Notes under the pieces: generated by a model | Told to the model about the DNA's origin: nothing | The model's input: only the letters and a program-made list of their open reading frames with translations | Database searches by the model: none | Shown here: piece after piece, positions 9,728 through 20,269 of the stretch | Layout of the letters: the number at the start of each line of letters is the position of its first letter | Position numbering within the stretch: the first letter of the stretch is position 1 | Made by a program: the position numbers and the translations under genes | Assembly: GCA_905200945.1 (NCBI GenBank) | Contig: CAJKMG010000003.1 | Coordinates: 200,317 to 264,316 of the forward strand | DNA: 64,000 nt | Source: an uncultured Akkermansia sp. | GTDB taxonomy: Bacteria > Verrucomicrobiota > Verrucomicrobiia > Verrucomicrobiales > Akkermansiaceae | Reading direction: 5' to 3'

Positions 9728-9895
9728 TTACTTCTTGGACTTCATGACCACCGGAGCCACATCCACGGCGGGCTGGTTCAGGTCATTGAACTTGGGCAGA
9801 GGGGTCAGGGGCGGAGCACCCTGATCCTGGCAGCAGCAGGAAGCCATGATGCTCGCCGCAAAAGCGGCAAGAGCCATAACGGTAATCTTCTTCAT
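9728..9895 (-). CDS. Small predicted lipoprotein (56 aa)
   Basis: MKKITVMALAAFAASIMASCCC has a lipobox-like Ala-Ser-Cys. Short, with no known domain. Confidence 0.35.
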   Translation of the reverse strand: MKKITVMALAAFAASIMASCCCQDQGAPPLTPLPKFNDLNQPAVDVAPVVMKSKK

Positions 9896-10086
9896 ATGCG
9901 TGGTTAAATGATGGGTGATAAAGGATATGGAAATATCTTGGAGCATAAAAGCATACCATGCGGGCGCCCGTCAATCAAATTTGCGAAAATCGCCCAAGGA
10001 GACGCCTTTCCCAAAATGGCAAGACGCATAAATCGCTCGCCCGGGGTTATCTGTAATTATAATCTCTGCCAAGCTGTATCCTTTTC

Positions 10087-10938
10087 ATGCCCTTTTCCGT
10101 CAAAATACTCCGGTTTTTCGGCATTCTCCTGCTGAGCCTCTGCGCGTTCGGCGTGGTCGGCATGACCTGGGCGTACCTGGTAGAACCCAATCTTCTGTTT
10201 GTCAGGAAAGTGGACTACCGTGTCCCCCAGTGGGAAGGGAAGGGAACACCCGTTAAAGTCGTTATTGCCGGCGATTTGCACCTGATGCCCACCGCGTTTG
10301 ATGAAGTGAGGGCCCTGCGCTATGTTCAGAGGATCATGCGGCTCCGGCCGGACCTGATTCTGCTGGTTGGGGACTATGCCCGGGGAAGCAGCGAAAACGC
10401 CAGCATGGATCCCGCCACGGCCGCCCGGCTGCTGAAAGGCCTGACGGCTCCCTGCGGGGTCTTCGCTATTCAGGGAAACCATGATTTCACCTTCGGCTGG
10501 AACAACTGGAGCAGGGAACTGAAACAGGCGGGAATCACCGTGCTGGAAGACCAGAGCGCTCTTGTCACGTTCAAGGACGGAAGGCAGCTCCAGCTTTCCG
10601 GAATATTGGATACGACGCGCAACGTCAGAAACCGGCTGCCCAATCGCCAGTCGCCGGACATCCCCCATTTCCTGCTTTCCCACCGTCCGGAAACGGACCG
10701 CATACTTTCCCATGGAGACGTGGACATTGTCATCAGCGGGCACACCCACGGGGGCCAGGTTTGCCTTCCTTTCGGCCTCCTGCGGTTTGAAGCCAGCCCG
10801 GATCATGCCTTACCCTACACTTATCCCTGGCATATCTCCGGCGGCAATACCTACCTGATCACCAAAGGACTGGGGACAAGCACACTCCCCCTCCGCTTCA
10901 ACTGCCCGCCGGAAATCTATCTGCTGGAACTGCATTGA
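10087..10938 (+). CDS. Metallophosphoesterase (calcineurin-like) with N-terminal membrane anchor
   Basis: GDLH, GDY...GNHD and GHTHGGQ match the MPP metal-binding motifs. Confidence 0.75.
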   Translation: MPFSVKILRFFGILLLSLCAFGVVGMTWAYLVEPNLLFVRKVDYRVPQWEGKGTPVKVVIAGDLHLMPTAFDEVRALRYVQRIMRLRPDLILLVGDYARGSSENASMDPATAARLLKGLTAPCGVFAIQGNHDFTFGWNNWSRELKQAGITVLEDQSALVTFKDGRQLQLSGILDTTRNVRNRLPNRQSPDIPHFLLSHRPETDRILSHGDVDIVISGHTHGGQVCLPFGLLRFEASPDHALPYTYPWHISGGNTYLITKGLGTSTLPLRFNCPPEIYLLELH

Positions 10939-11051
10939 CCCATTCCTCCCGTTAAAAATACAGTCCCTTCCTTCTCGGTTTCCTCCCCCTCCGCTCCACG
11001 CCGGCGGCAATCCATAAGGAAAACGGAAAAGAACGGCCGGGTTCCATATTT

Positions 11052-12038
11052 TCAAAGGAGCCGGTTATCAAACCCTTCCTTCAGCCTTAAAATCTTTCTG
11101 GCCGTCATCCGGTAAACAGGCCGGTAAAGGTGCTTTTTCAAGATGGCCGGGAGCGTTCTTCCGGGCAGCGGACCGCGCAGCAGCCCGGCTTCACGCATAA
11201 CTCGTTCGTAACGTTCCCCTTCATAACGCCAATTATACCGCCAGGGCTTGTGCACCCCCTGGTAATGAAGAATGCCCGGTTCCAAAGCCGCTTCCACCGC
11301 CTGGCGTGGCGTGACGCCGCGCCAGAAACGTTCCCGGGGATCATTTTTCAAAATGCGGCGCGTCAGGCCGTCATGCCAGTTCCAGCGCGGGTGCAGCGGC
11401 ACGGTCAGCTCGCACAGGGCTCCGTTCAAGGCATCCTGGTCCGGGCAAGTCAGCCTGTCCCGGTGAGTGACGGCATAATCCAGCACAGCACTGACCAGAT
11501 TCCTCTCCCGGAAAACATCCACATTCATCAGCAGCACGCCGGAATTGAAATATCCCGTGCAGGTCAGCGGCATCTCAAGACGCTCGTTAAAATGGGAACC
11601 GGGTCTGGAAAAATTCTCAAACACCACCCCTACTGCTTTTCCGTCCATATTCGTCCGGAACAGCTCCGTCAAATCCCGGCAAACCAGAACGTCAATGTCC
11701 AGATACAGAATATTGCCCCGCTCTTCCTTCAATAATTCCGGGATAAACACGCGTCCCCAGGCAGGAACCGGCCACTGTTCCGTATGGGGAAAGTCGTGCT
11801 CTTCCAAAATGCCGGAAACGTCTATGAACTCCAGACGGCAATCGAACGGAGCGGCCAGACGCTCCACGCTTGCCCGGCTCTCTCCGTCAATGCCGTCGGA
11901 AAGCACGTAAACTTTGTAAAAAGTCTCCGGCCCGGCAGTACTCAGGAGAGAAAAAACAGTAACGCTCAAAGGCAGGATGCCCCGGTTGTCACTGGCCAGG
12001 ACGACGGCAAATTCATTCTTTTTCATCGGATCGTTCAT
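11052..12038 (-). CDS. Glycosyltransferase family 8 (LPS alpha-1,3-galactosyl/glucosyltransferase RfaJ/WaaJ-like)
   Basis: YLDIDVLV (DxD) and FNSGVLLMN...HYQGVHKPW are typical of GT8. Start placed at ATG 12038; the ORF-track 5' extension is rich in unlikely residues. Confidence 0.8.
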   Translation of the reverse strand: MNDPMKKNEFAVVLASDNRGILPLSVTVFSLLSTAGPETFYKVYVLSDGIDGESRASVERLAAPFDCRLEFIDVSGILEEHDFPHTEQWPVPAWGRVFIPELLKEERGNILYLDIDVLVCRDLTELFRTNMDGKAVGVVFENFSRPGSHFNERLEMPLTCTGYFNSGVLLMNVDVFRERNLVSAVLDYAVTHRDRLTCPDQDALNGALCELTVPLHPRWNWHDGLTRRILKNDPRERFWRGVTPRQAVEAALEPGILHYQGVHKPWRYNWRYEGERYERVMREAGLLRGPLPGRTLPAILKKHLYRPVYRMTARKILRLKEGFDNRLL

Positions 12039-12048
12039 TCGGGTGGTA

Positions 12049-13074
12049 TCAGCGGCGCAGCAACCGGGCTCCCGCCTTGCGCATCTTCTTCCAGTAATAG
12101 GAAAAGTCCAGGCCGGATTTTCCGCCCATCCAGGTTTGCAGCAGTTTTCCTTCCCGGCGGGACAGGCTGGAATCATCCTCTCCGGGACGGTACAGATTCT
12201 CTTGACGGAGCATATCGGCCACCTTACGGGTAACCTCCTTTTGAACGGCATGAGGAGCATATTTGCGGATGTTTCTCACGCCCATTACCAGCATTTTCAA
12301 AAATGCCGTCCTGTATTGCGCAAGAATTCCGGCTTCTTTCCATTCCTTCAGCACCAGCTCCGCCACCGTCAGGTAATCCAGCGACTGGAGGGAACTGCCG
12401 GACGCGAAACCGCCGGTAATGGACCCGGCCCGCTTGCGGTAAACGTAAGCCGCCCTGCTGACGACGCAAACCCTCCTGCACCACGGAAAAACGGCGTAAT
12501 GGAAATACAGGTCTTCACAGGCAACGCCCTCAGGGAACCGGATGCCATGTTTCTCTACAATGGAACGCCTGATCATCATGCCTCCCGCTCCATGATGTAT
12601 TTTCCCAATAGTCTCCGGAGTGCATGGAATCCACCCCTTTTCCGGAGGGGCCATGTCCTCCGGCAGGAACCGGTCTTCCCGGTCGGGGTCGGCCTCGTAA
12701 TAATACCGGAACCCGCATACCAGTTTATCGGCATCCAGCGCCTTCGCACGGGAATACATCTCCTCCAGCAAATCCGTCTCCAGCCAATCGTCGGAATCCA
12801 CCAGAAACAGATATTCTCCCACAGCATGGTTCATCGCCAGATTTCTGGAGCGGGATAAGCCGCCGTTTTCCGGGGCCTGCACCACTTTCACTCGCGGGTC
12901 CCGTTCCGCGAATTCCCTCAAAATGGACAGGGAACCATCCGTGGAAGCATCATCCACGCAAACTACTTCCAACTCACGGAACGTCTGAGAGCAAATGCTT
13001 TCCAGGCATTGGGCCAGGTACGGCTCCACATTGTAAACCGGAACCAGCACGGAAATGTTCACGGGAGCCGTCAT
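12049..13074 (-). CDS. Glycosyltransferase family 2
   Basis: ISVLVPVYNVEPYL...VVCVDDASTDGS...DSDD fits the GT-A fold DxD signature. Confidence 0.8.
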   Translation of the reverse strand: MTAPVNISVLVPVYNVEPYLAQCLESICSQTFRELEVVCVDDASTDGSLSILREFAERDPRVKVVQAPENGGLSRSRNLAMNHAVGEYLFLVDSDDWLETDLLEEMYSRAKALDADKLVCGFRYYYEADPDREDRFLPEDMAPPEKGWIPCTPETIGKIHHGAGGMMIRRSIVEKHGIRFPEGVACEDLYFHYAVFPWCRRVCVVSRAAYVYRKRAGSITGGFASGSSLQSLDYLTVAELVLKEWKEAGILAQYRTAFLKMLVMGVRNIRKYAPHAVQKEVTRKVADMLRQENLYRPGEDDSSLSRREGKLLQTWMGGKSGLDFSYYWKKMRKAGARLLRR

Positions 13075-14045
13075 GACGCCAGCGGAGAGCCTGCCGCCCT
13101 TATTTGTTCAAGTCCTTCCTGCGGCGGCAGAAAGGGTTCCAGAGCGGACCATACCTGGTCCACTGTAATTTCCTCAATGGCGCCGGGAGAAATCAGGTTG
13201 GAAATGCACCGGGCTGTAATGGCGGAATTGCGCGTCCGGTGGCAGAAAATGGCGGTCACGGGAACCCCGGCATAGGCGCACATATGCGTAGGCCCCGTAT
13301 CATTGCCCACACAAGCCAGGGAACGCAAAGCCATCTGGGGAATATCCATCAGGGAAGACTTGCCCAGAAAACTGACAGCCAGGGGAGAGCTGGCGGCAAT
13401 GGCCTCCACTTCCGCAGCCTCCGCCCGGGTGCCGATCACGACGGAGGACACGCCCCGTGCCGCCAGGCGTTTCGCCAGGGCGCAAAAATTCTCCACAGGC
13501 CAGCGCTTGTAGGGATGGTTGGGGGAACAGCCCGGAATCATCATCACATAACGTTCCGGAAGCTCGTCAAAGTGCAGCCCCTCCCCGTGCATGAAAGAAA
13601 GATCCGTCAGGACGCGTTCCAAACGGAACGGGAGCCGTTCCACCTTTCCCCACCGGAAGGGTTTCTTTTTTATAAATTTGCGCCGTTCTCCGGAATTGCA
13701 GGCCACCCAGTCCATGTCATGGCCCAGCAGGAAGCGCACGGCGGGATAATAGCGTTTTCTGGTGCGGGAAGATTCCTGAAGATCGTACACTACGTCAAAA
13801 TTCCCTTTCACAATGGAACGAACGGCTCTCCAGGTGGCGCCCAGCTTCCAGTAGGGCAGGCGGTTATCCACGATGAAATCGTCAAACACCCCGAGCTGCT
13901 CCGCCATGGGAACAAACATTCCCATGGTCATCAGGGTGATATGCGCCTCCGGATGAAGTTCGCGGAGCTGCTTCATCGTCCCCATGGCGAGCACCACATC
14001 GCCAAGGGCGCCATGCTTGATGATCAGAATGCGCTGTACGGGCAT
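13071..14045 (-). CDS. Glycosyltransferase family 9 (LPS heptosyltransferase, WaaF/WaaC-like)
   Basis: ILIIKHGALGDVVLAMGTMKQLRELHPEAHITLMT and the C-terminal GNDTGPTHMCAYAGVP are the heptosyltransferase signature. Overlaps the upstream GT2 by 4 nt. Confidence 0.8.
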   Translation of the reverse strand: MPVQRILIIKHGALGDVVLAMGTMKQLRELHPEAHITLMTMGMFVPMAEQLGVFDDFIVDNRLPYWKLGATWRAVRSIVKGNFDVVYDLQESSRTRKRYYPAVRFLLGHDMDWVACNSGERRKFIKKKPFRWGKVERLPFRLERVLTDLSFMHGEGLHFDELPERYVMMIPGCSPNHPYKRWPVENFCALAKRLAARGVSSVVIGTRAEAAEVEAIAASSPLAVSFLGKSSLMDIPQMALRSLACVGNDTGPTHMCAYAGVPVTAIFCHRTRNSAITARCISNLISPGAIEEITVDQVWSALEPFLPPQEGLEQIRAAGSPLAS

Positions 14046-14066
14046 GGGAGGAAAAAGGAATGCGGG

Positions 14067-15053
14067 TTAAACGTAACTGTCTTCCCTGTCCAGATACTCC
14101 TGTACGTACCGGCGCACGCCATCCTCCAGGGAAGTCATGGGCGCTGCATAGCCGGCAGCGCGCAGCCTGGAAAGATCCGCCTGCGTATAATACTGATATT
14201 TTCCCCTGAGTTCTTCAGGCATTTCCCGGTAGGCAATCTTTTCCTGAAGGCCCAGAGCATTGAATGCCGCCTTCGCCAGATCGTGGAAAGAGCGTGCCTT
14301 TCCGGAACCTACGTTGAACAGGCCGCTCACCTCCGGATGCTCCAGCAGCCAAAGCACCACGTCCACGCAGTCGCCCACCCACACGAAATCCCGGAGCTGC
14401 CATCCGTCACGGTAATCGGGATGATAAGACTTAAACAGCTTCACCGTTTCATTTGCCTTCACCTGGGGGAATATATGGGCCACTACGCTTTTCTGCCCGC
14501 CCTTATGGTATTCATTGGGGCCGTACACGTTGAAAAATTTAAGCCCTGCGTATTGGGGGGGGGCCGGACGCCCTTCTTTCACTTCCCGGGCCACTTTGCG
14601 GTCAAACAGGGCTTTGCTCCAGCCATATGCGTTCAGGGGGCGCAGCGCGTTGACGTGCTCCAGGGAGGCGTCATCGTCAAACCCCATGGAACCGTCCCCG
14701 TACGTGGCCGCGGAGGAAGCGTAAATAAACCGTTTGCCGTACAGGGAGCAAAACTCCCACAAATGCCAGCTCAACGTGAAATTCGTCCGGATAATCAAAT
14801 CGGCATCCGTCTCCGTGGTAGCGGAAATGGCTCCCATGTGAATAACTGCCTCCACCTCCTCCACATGCGCCTTCATATAATCGAGCATGCTTTCCGGAGA
14901 AACCACGGCGCACAGCTCTCTCTTGGCAATGTTCCTCCACTTGGCGGAAGAGCCCAGCTCGTCCGCCACCACAAGATCCTTTTTACCGGCTTTTTCCAGA
15001 GCGGCGACAATGTTTGAGCCGATAAACCCGGCCCCACCCGTGATAATAATCAT
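14067..15053 (-). CDS. hldD: ADP-L-glycero-D-manno-heptose 6-epimerase
   Basis: MIIITGGAGFIGSN Rossmann motif, YASSAATYG, extended-SDR pattern. Full-length HldD/RfaD-like. Confidence 0.85.
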   Translation of the reverse strand: MIIITGGAGFIGSNIVAALEKAGKKDLVVADELGSSAKWRNIAKRELCAVVSPESMLDYMKAHVEEVEAVIHMGAISATTETDADLIIRTNFTLSWHLWEFCSLYGKRFIYASSAATYGDGSMGFDDDASLEHVNALRPLNAYGWSKALFDRKVAREVKEGRPAPPQYAGLKFFNVYGPNEYHKGGQKSVVAHIFPQVKANETVKLFKSYHPDYRDGWQLRDFVWVGDCVDVVLWLLEHPEVSGLFNVGSGKARSFHDLAKAAFNALGLQEKIAYREMPEELRGKYQYYTQADLSRLRAAGYAAPMTSLEDGVRRYVQEYLDREDSYV

Positions 15054-15354
15054 AAGAGAAGAATCAATAAAAAATTGTACGGCTCTTTGTACCACATACC
15101 CCCGTCCCTAGGCAACTGCCATTTGAGACGTTTCCCGGTTCCCAATTTTCAACGAATTTACAATCCGGGCACTCCAAACCCTGATCATTCCATGCGGAAA
15201 GACATTGGAACGCAATCCCTGCGCCGTCTGCGGAGAATGCGTCTCCCATCCCCCCTTTTCATGCTGGCAACGTTAAAAAAAATCGGCAAGACCTGTCTTG
15301 CAAAAATTATCATTGACCACGGATTGTAAATCCGTTACACACATTCCCACCCCT

Positions 15355-16509
15355 ATGATCCCCGATGTTTCCATCATTGTTCCCTGCTACAATGTAGCCG
15401 CTTACGTGGACAACTGTCTGGATAGCCTGGTACGCCAGACTCTCCGAAACATTGAAATTATCTGCATCAATGACGGCTCCACGGATGCGACCTGGACACA
15501 CCTGTTGCGCTGGAAAGAAAAAGACGGCAGAATCATCCTCCTGAACCAGCGGAATGCGGGCGTCTCCGCAGCCAGGAATGCAGGGCTGGATGCCGCCCGC
15601 GGCCTTTATGTCGGCTTTGCGGATCCGGACGACTTCATGGATCCGGAAATGTATTCCCGCCTTTTTTCGGCGGCTCTGGAATATGACGCAGACATCGTGG
15701 AATGCGGCAACCATGTTTTTGAAGACTCATCAGACCGGCTTATTGAGGCCAAAAGAAGATCACCCTCCCGGCATTTTGAAGAAAACGCCTCCCCAGCCAG
15801 CTTTTTCCGGGACTCCATCTGGGGGAAAATGGACATCTGCGTATGGAGCAAGCTGTTCCGGAAAAGCATGCTGGACGCCCACCGCCTCCGTTTCAACGTA
15901 CATCTGAAATCCGGCGCGGAGGATGAAACCTTCCGGCTGATGACCGTTCCCCATGCCTCCCGTCTCCTGTTCATTCCCGACTGCCTGTATTATTACCGCC
16001 TTATGCGCAACGGTTCCCTCTCCCACCGCTGCAACACTCCCACTTACACCAAATGCGTACAGGAATTCCAGCGGCTGCTGTACATTGTGGACTACTGGCA
16101 GAAACAAGGGTGGCAAAATGAAGGCCTGTTCGCTTACGGCGTTCGGAAAATCAGGCCCTTTTTTGTTTCCAAGCATCCCCTTTTTCATCAAATGACCGCT
16201 GTCCAGCAACGTTCCGCGCTGGACTGGTGGAACCTGTTCTATCAGAAAGCGGAAGGAAAACGCTTCCTCTCCGCCCTATCGGGACGGGACAGGCAACTGG
16301 CGGATCTGTTGAACTCGGCGGAACCGGTTCCCAACGGCTGGGGGCGCATTCTGCTGGCCGCCTGCTCCCTGCTTCCCGGACAAAAAGGACGTTATTACTC
16401 CTGCAAAAAAATGCTTGCGGAACATTTTTCCCAGGTCTGCTCTGATAGGTTCCAAAAAGAAAACGCCTCGCAGAAAGAGCCGTTTGACACATTGCCGCCT
16501 TCCCTGTAA
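15355..16509 (+). CDS. Glycosyltransferase family 2
   Basis: VSIIVPCYNVAAYV...IICINDGSTD...DPDD fits GT-A. Start at ATG 15355 (MIPDVSIIV). Confidence 0.8.
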   Translation: MIPDVSIIVPCYNVAAYVDNCLDSLVRQTLRNIEIICINDGSTDATWTHLLRWKEKDGRIILLNQRNAGVSAARNAGLDAARGLYVGFADPDDFMDPEMYSRLFSAALEYDADIVECGNHVFEDSSDRLIEAKRRSPSRHFEENASPASFFRDSIWGKMDICVWSKLFRKSMLDAHRLRFNVHLKSGAEDETFRLMTVPHASRLLFIPDCLYYYRLMRNGSLSHRCNTPTYTKCVQEFQRLLYIVDYWQKQGWQNEGLFAYGVRKIRPFFVSKHPLFHQMTAVQQRSALDWWNLFYQKAEGKRFLSALSGRDRQLADLLNSAEPVPNGWGRILLAACSLLPGQKGRYYSCKKMLAEHFSQVCSDRFQKENASQKEPFDTLPPSL

Positions 16510-16536
16510 ATTGGCTTTCCCTCCCATTCCGGATCA

Positions 16537-17343
16537 ATGAACCGTTTTCTCTCATTTGCAGACTCCCGTATGTCGGCCGCTCTGGAACGGCTGGGCAGGC
16601 AAGCGGAAGCGCTGGATTTTTTTGATGAGATCACGCTCTTCACGGAACATGACTTTTCCGCAGAATTCACCAGCCGCATGGGCCGGTATCTGACGCCGTC
16701 CTGCCGGGGATTCGGATACTGGTCCTGGAAACCCTGGGCCATTCACCATGTCCTCCAAGAAATGGAGGAAGGTGACCGCCTCCTTTATCTGGATGCAGGC
16801 TGCCATATCAACACCAACGGAACGGAGCGCTTCCGGGAATACGTAAACATGCTGGACCGCGACAGCCGCGGCATGCTGGTCTTCACCAACGGGCAGCCGG
16901 AATACAAATGGACCAAAGGAGACATCTTCCGCCACTTCGGCGTTTCCGGGGAAGACGGTCATATCACGCATACCCAGCAAATTGCGGGCGGCCATGTTTT
17001 CCTGAAAAAGAACCCGCTCACGGAAAGCCTGATCCGGGATTGGCTCCATGTCTTTTACGACCATCTGCATCTTGCGGACAACACTCCTTCCGCCTCCCCC
17101 AACCTGCCGGGTTTTGTGGAAAACCGGTATGACCAGAGCATCTTCTCCATCCTATGCAAACTGAGGGGCATTACTACCCTCGATGGATCGGAAACCTATG
17201 CGGAAAACTGGGAACAGCTCTCCTTGTTTCCATTCCAGGACAGACGGGACATGGGAATCCCACGGGCCGGGAAAAAGGGATGGCTGGAAAAATGCAGGCA
17301 GCTCCTTCTTTCTTCCAAAAGAAACGGATTAGGAATCCGGTAA
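16537..17343 (+). CDS. Hypothetical protein in the glycan cluster (possible sugar-modifying enzyme)
   Basis: 268-aa ORF with good coding composition and no motif I recognise. Its position between the GT2 and GT4 genes suggests a role in glycan biosynthesis. Confidence 0.5.
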   Translation: MNRFLSFADSRMSAALERLGRQAEALDFFDEITLFTEHDFSAEFTSRMGRYLTPSCRGFGYWSWKPWAIHHVLQEMEEGDRLLYLDAGCHINTNGTERFREYVNMLDRDSRGMLVFTNGQPEYKWTKGDIFRHFGVSGEDGHITHTQQIAGGHVFLKKNPLTESLIRDWLHVFYDHLHLADNTPSASPNLPGFVENRYDQSIFSILCKLRGITTLDGSETYAENWEQLSLFPFQDRRDMGIPRAGKKGWLEKCRQLLLSSKRNGLGIR

Positions 17344-17794
17344 AGCTTCCCCATCCGGAACAACCGGACTGAACGATGCTTCCGGGCAGGGCAATCTGGC
17401 GCTTCATGAACTATTTCCCCGTTCTTTTACACGGCTTCATTCCGAAAATTCTTTTACCCTTCATCTGCCGTTTCCGGAATGTAATGACAGTTATCTGGAC
17501 AAGGCCTTTTCATTTGGGCAAGAATGTTTTGCGTCCATAAAAGAAAATACCTCTCCACTCTAAAACTCCGCCCAGCACTATCCTCCGCCGGCATTCTCCC
17601 GCCTCTCTTCACGGTTATGCTTCCACCGGAACCCGGCTTCTCCCCTATTCGTACCGGAATGAAAATGAAAAAAACATCACGTTGAGGTCAGCCTTTTACA
17701 GTTCACGAAAAACTGACAGCCTGGATTTCCCAAAACGTTTTTCTTTCAGATTTGTAGGCTTGACGGCGGATTCCTAATCCTCATACTTTTCTAT

Positions 17795-19069
17795 GTGGCT
17801 TCTCCTCAATGCCGAACCATATTTCAAGTCTCCCATAGCGTATCGGCCAGCTCCGCTCCTTACCGGTTGAGCGATGCCCTGAACCGGCATATACCCGGTC
17901 TGAAATCCACCCTGCTGCTCCGGAGGCTCAAGGGAATTGACGGACTGGAAATCCACAGGACCCCCGCCAGAAGGGTTACGGACGCCTTGCGCCGCCATCT
18001 GGCCCATGGGTTTGACATTCTACTGCCGGAAAGAAGAAAAGACCTGCCTTTCTCCCTGAATGTGCTGGGCATGGGATTTGACACGGCCCAAATGGAAAAA
18101 GCCGATGTGGTGCATCTGCACTGGATAGGCGGCAGAACTGTGGATTTCTCGCGGCTGCGCCATATCCGCCGCCCATTGGTCTATACCCTGCACGACATAT
18201 TTGCCTGCACCGCGGGATGCCACTGCGCCATGGACTGCGGCCTGTTCCAGGACGAATGCCGCGGCAACTGCCCCCAGCTCGGTGCTCCCCGCCTCTTCCA
18301 CAACCTTCCGGCGTGGCTGTTTTCCCGCAAACGCCGTGCCTTCGGCGGCATCCCTTCCCTTACCCTCGTAACTCCCTCCCTCTGGTTAAAAAGGGAAGTG
18401 GAAAGAAGCTGCATGTTCCCTGGAAGAAAAATCGTACAGATTTACAATCCTGTGGACACGGATCTTTTCCGTCCGGCGGAAGACCGGAATGCCGTCCGGG
18501 AAGCCCTGGGAATCCGGCCCGGAGCGTTCGTCATCGCCTGCGGCGCAACCGGCCTGTTCAATCCGGTCAAAGGCGGCCATTTCATTCCCCTGGTGCTGGA
18601 GGAACTATACCGGCGCGGTCATCGGAACCTTCATCTCCTGCTCTTCGGCAACCAGGAAAAAAGCGTGGACTACCCCTTCCCCAGCACAAGCGCCGGATTC
18701 ATTACGGACATGAACAAGCTGGCCGGGCTTTACAGCGCGGCGGACATTTTCCTGAACCCCACGCTTCAGGATGTCCTTTCCAACGTAGCGCTGGAATCCA
18801 TGGCCTGCAAAACCCCTTCTGTCACCTTCCGGACGGGAGGAGTCCCGGAAGCGGTTTTGGACGGAAAAACGGGGCTGGTCGCTTCGCAGGGAGACCTGAA
18901 CCAAATGGCCGCCCACTGCGAACGGCTTATCCTGGACGGAAAACTCCTGCGGACCCTGGCGGAGGAAGGCCGCCAACACGCGGAACAAACATTCTCCTAC
19001 CCCGTCATTGCCGCACAACATGCCGCCCTGTATGAGGAAACGCTCCGGGAGTACCGTTATGGAGAGTGA
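17795..19069 (+). CDS. Glycosyltransferase family 4 (GT-B, RfaG/WbuB-like)
   Basis: N-terminal IFQVSHSVSASSAPYRLSDAL is the GT4 N-domain. C-terminal LNPTLQDVLSNVALESMACKTPSVTFRTGGVPEAV is the EX7E region. GTG start at 17795, uncertain. Confidence 0.75.
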   Translation: MASPQCRTIFQVSHSVSASSAPYRLSDALNRHIPGLKSTLLLRRLKGIDGLEIHRTPARRVTDALRRHLAHGFDILLPERRKDLPFSLNVLGMGFDTAQMEKADVVHLHWIGGRTVDFSRLRHIRRPLVYTLHDIFACTAGCHCAMDCGLFQDECRGNCPQLGAPRLFHNLPAWLFSRKRRAFGGIPSLTLVTPSLWLKREVERSCMFPGRKIVQIYNPVDTDLFRPAEDRNAVREALGIRPGAFVIACGATGLFNPVKGGHFIPLVLEELYRRGHRNLHLLLFGNQEKSVDYPFPSTSAGFITDMNKLAGLYSAADIFLNPTLQDVLSNVALESMACKTPSVTFRTGGVPEAVLDGKTGLVASQGDLNQMAAHCERLILDGKLLRTLAEEGRQHAEQTFSYPVIAAQHAALYEETLREYRYGE

Positions 19070-19188
19070 AAACGGCCGGCATTTAACCCCGGGCAGCCTG
19101 TCCCCGTACATCCGGGCACGCCTTCCTTTGTCATTGACAAGAAAAAGACGCCCCATACACTCTGCACCGTTTCAACCCTTCTCTCCCC

Positions 19189-20187
19189 ATGAAAACGCTT
19201 AAAATCTCCTTTTTACAGTCCACTCCGGATTTCGGCAGGGAAGGAATGCTCCAGCTTCTGAAAAGCCGGTACCATGTGGTGGAAAACGACTCCGATTTCG
19301 ATTACCTGGTCGCCACCCCCTGGTTTTACGTCAACCGGGAGGCTTTTTACGATTTTCTGGAACGGGCTCCCGGCCATATCACCGTCATGTACGGCTGTCA
19401 TGAAGCCATTGCGCCGGATTTCATGCTGTTTGACTATTACATCGGGCTTGATACGGTGCCCGGAAGCGACCGTACTGTCAAACTTCCTTTCCTTCGCCAC
19501 CATTTGCAGGAAGTGCACGGCGGTAAGGAAGGTCTGGATGTCCATGCCCTCCTGGCCTCCAAAACGGGTTTCTGCAACTTCATTTACGCCAACCGCAAAT
19601 CCCATCCCAACCGGGATGCCATGTTCCACAAGCTTTCCGCCTTCCGGTTTGTCAATTCCCTGGGGCCCCACCTTAACAACACGCCGGGCGACGGCCACCG
19701 GGCGGAAGACTGGTACGCCTCATCCATCAGCATGAAAAAGCCGTACAAATTCTCCATTGCCTTTGAAAATGCATGGTACCCCGGCTACACCAGCGAGAAA
19801 ATCGTTACCAGCATGCTTGCAGGCACCATTCCCATCTACTGGGGGAATCCGGACATCAGCCGGGAATTTAATGCCTCCTCATTCATCAACTGCCACGACT
19901 TCCCAACCCTGGACGACGCCGCAGCCTATGTGAAAAAAGTGGACGAAGACGACAGCCTGTGGTGTGAAATCATGTCGCGCCCCTGGAAAACACCGGAACA
20001 GGAAGCCCGCTTTCTGGAAGAAACGGAAAGGGAAACGGCCAAACTTTACAAAATATTCGACCAATCTCCGGAGGAAGCTTGCCGCAAAGGTGACGGAACA
20101 TGGGTATCCTACTACCAGCGCTTTTTAAAACGCGGCCACAGAATGCAGATGGCATGGCGGCGGCTGAAAAACCGCCTGCGCCGCTAA
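19189..20187 (+). CDS. GT10-family alpha-1,3-fucosyltransferase-like glycosyltransferase
   Basis: YKFSIAFENAWYPGYTSEKIVTSMLAGTIPIYWG matches the alpha1,3-FucT motif (FxxAFENSxxxxYxTEK...P(V/I)xxG) known from the Helicobacter pylori alpha1,3-fucosyltransferase. Confidence 0.65.
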   Translation: MKTLKISFLQSTPDFGREGMLQLLKSRYHVVENDSDFDYLVATPWFYVNREAFYDFLERAPGHITVMYGCHEAIAPDFMLFDYYIGLDTVPGSDRTVKLPFLRHHLQEVHGGKEGLDVHALLASKTGFCNFIYANRKSHPNRDAMFHKLSAFRFVNSLGPHLNNTPGDGHRAEDWYASSISMKKPYKFSIAFENAWYPGYTSEKIVTSMLAGTIPIYWGNPDISREFNASSFINCHDFPTLDDAAAYVKKVDEDDSLWCEIMSRPWKTPEQEARFLEETERETAKLYKIFDQSPEEACRKGDGTWVSYYQRFLKRGHRMQMAWRRLKNRLRR

Positions 20188-20269
20188 CCAAAGTTTCCGG
20201 GCAATTCAACCCCATGCCTGGAGTTCCCTGCCCGCCTTCCCCCATTTCCATCTACCTTCTCTCCGCTCC

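Noticed and set aside
13104-15017. 637-aa ORF on the plus strand
   Set aside because: Antisense shadow of the GT9 and hldD genes in GC-rich DNA. The protein is Gly/His/Arg/Pro-rich with no domain logic, and the opposite-strand genes have clear motifs.
17343-17794. 450-bp intergenic region between the unknown glycan-cluster gene and the GT4 gene, examined for riboswitch/ncRNA or IS remnants
   Set aside because: No convincing inverted repeats, conserved riboswitch cores or ORFs. It is probably just the promoter region of the GT4-GT10 operon.
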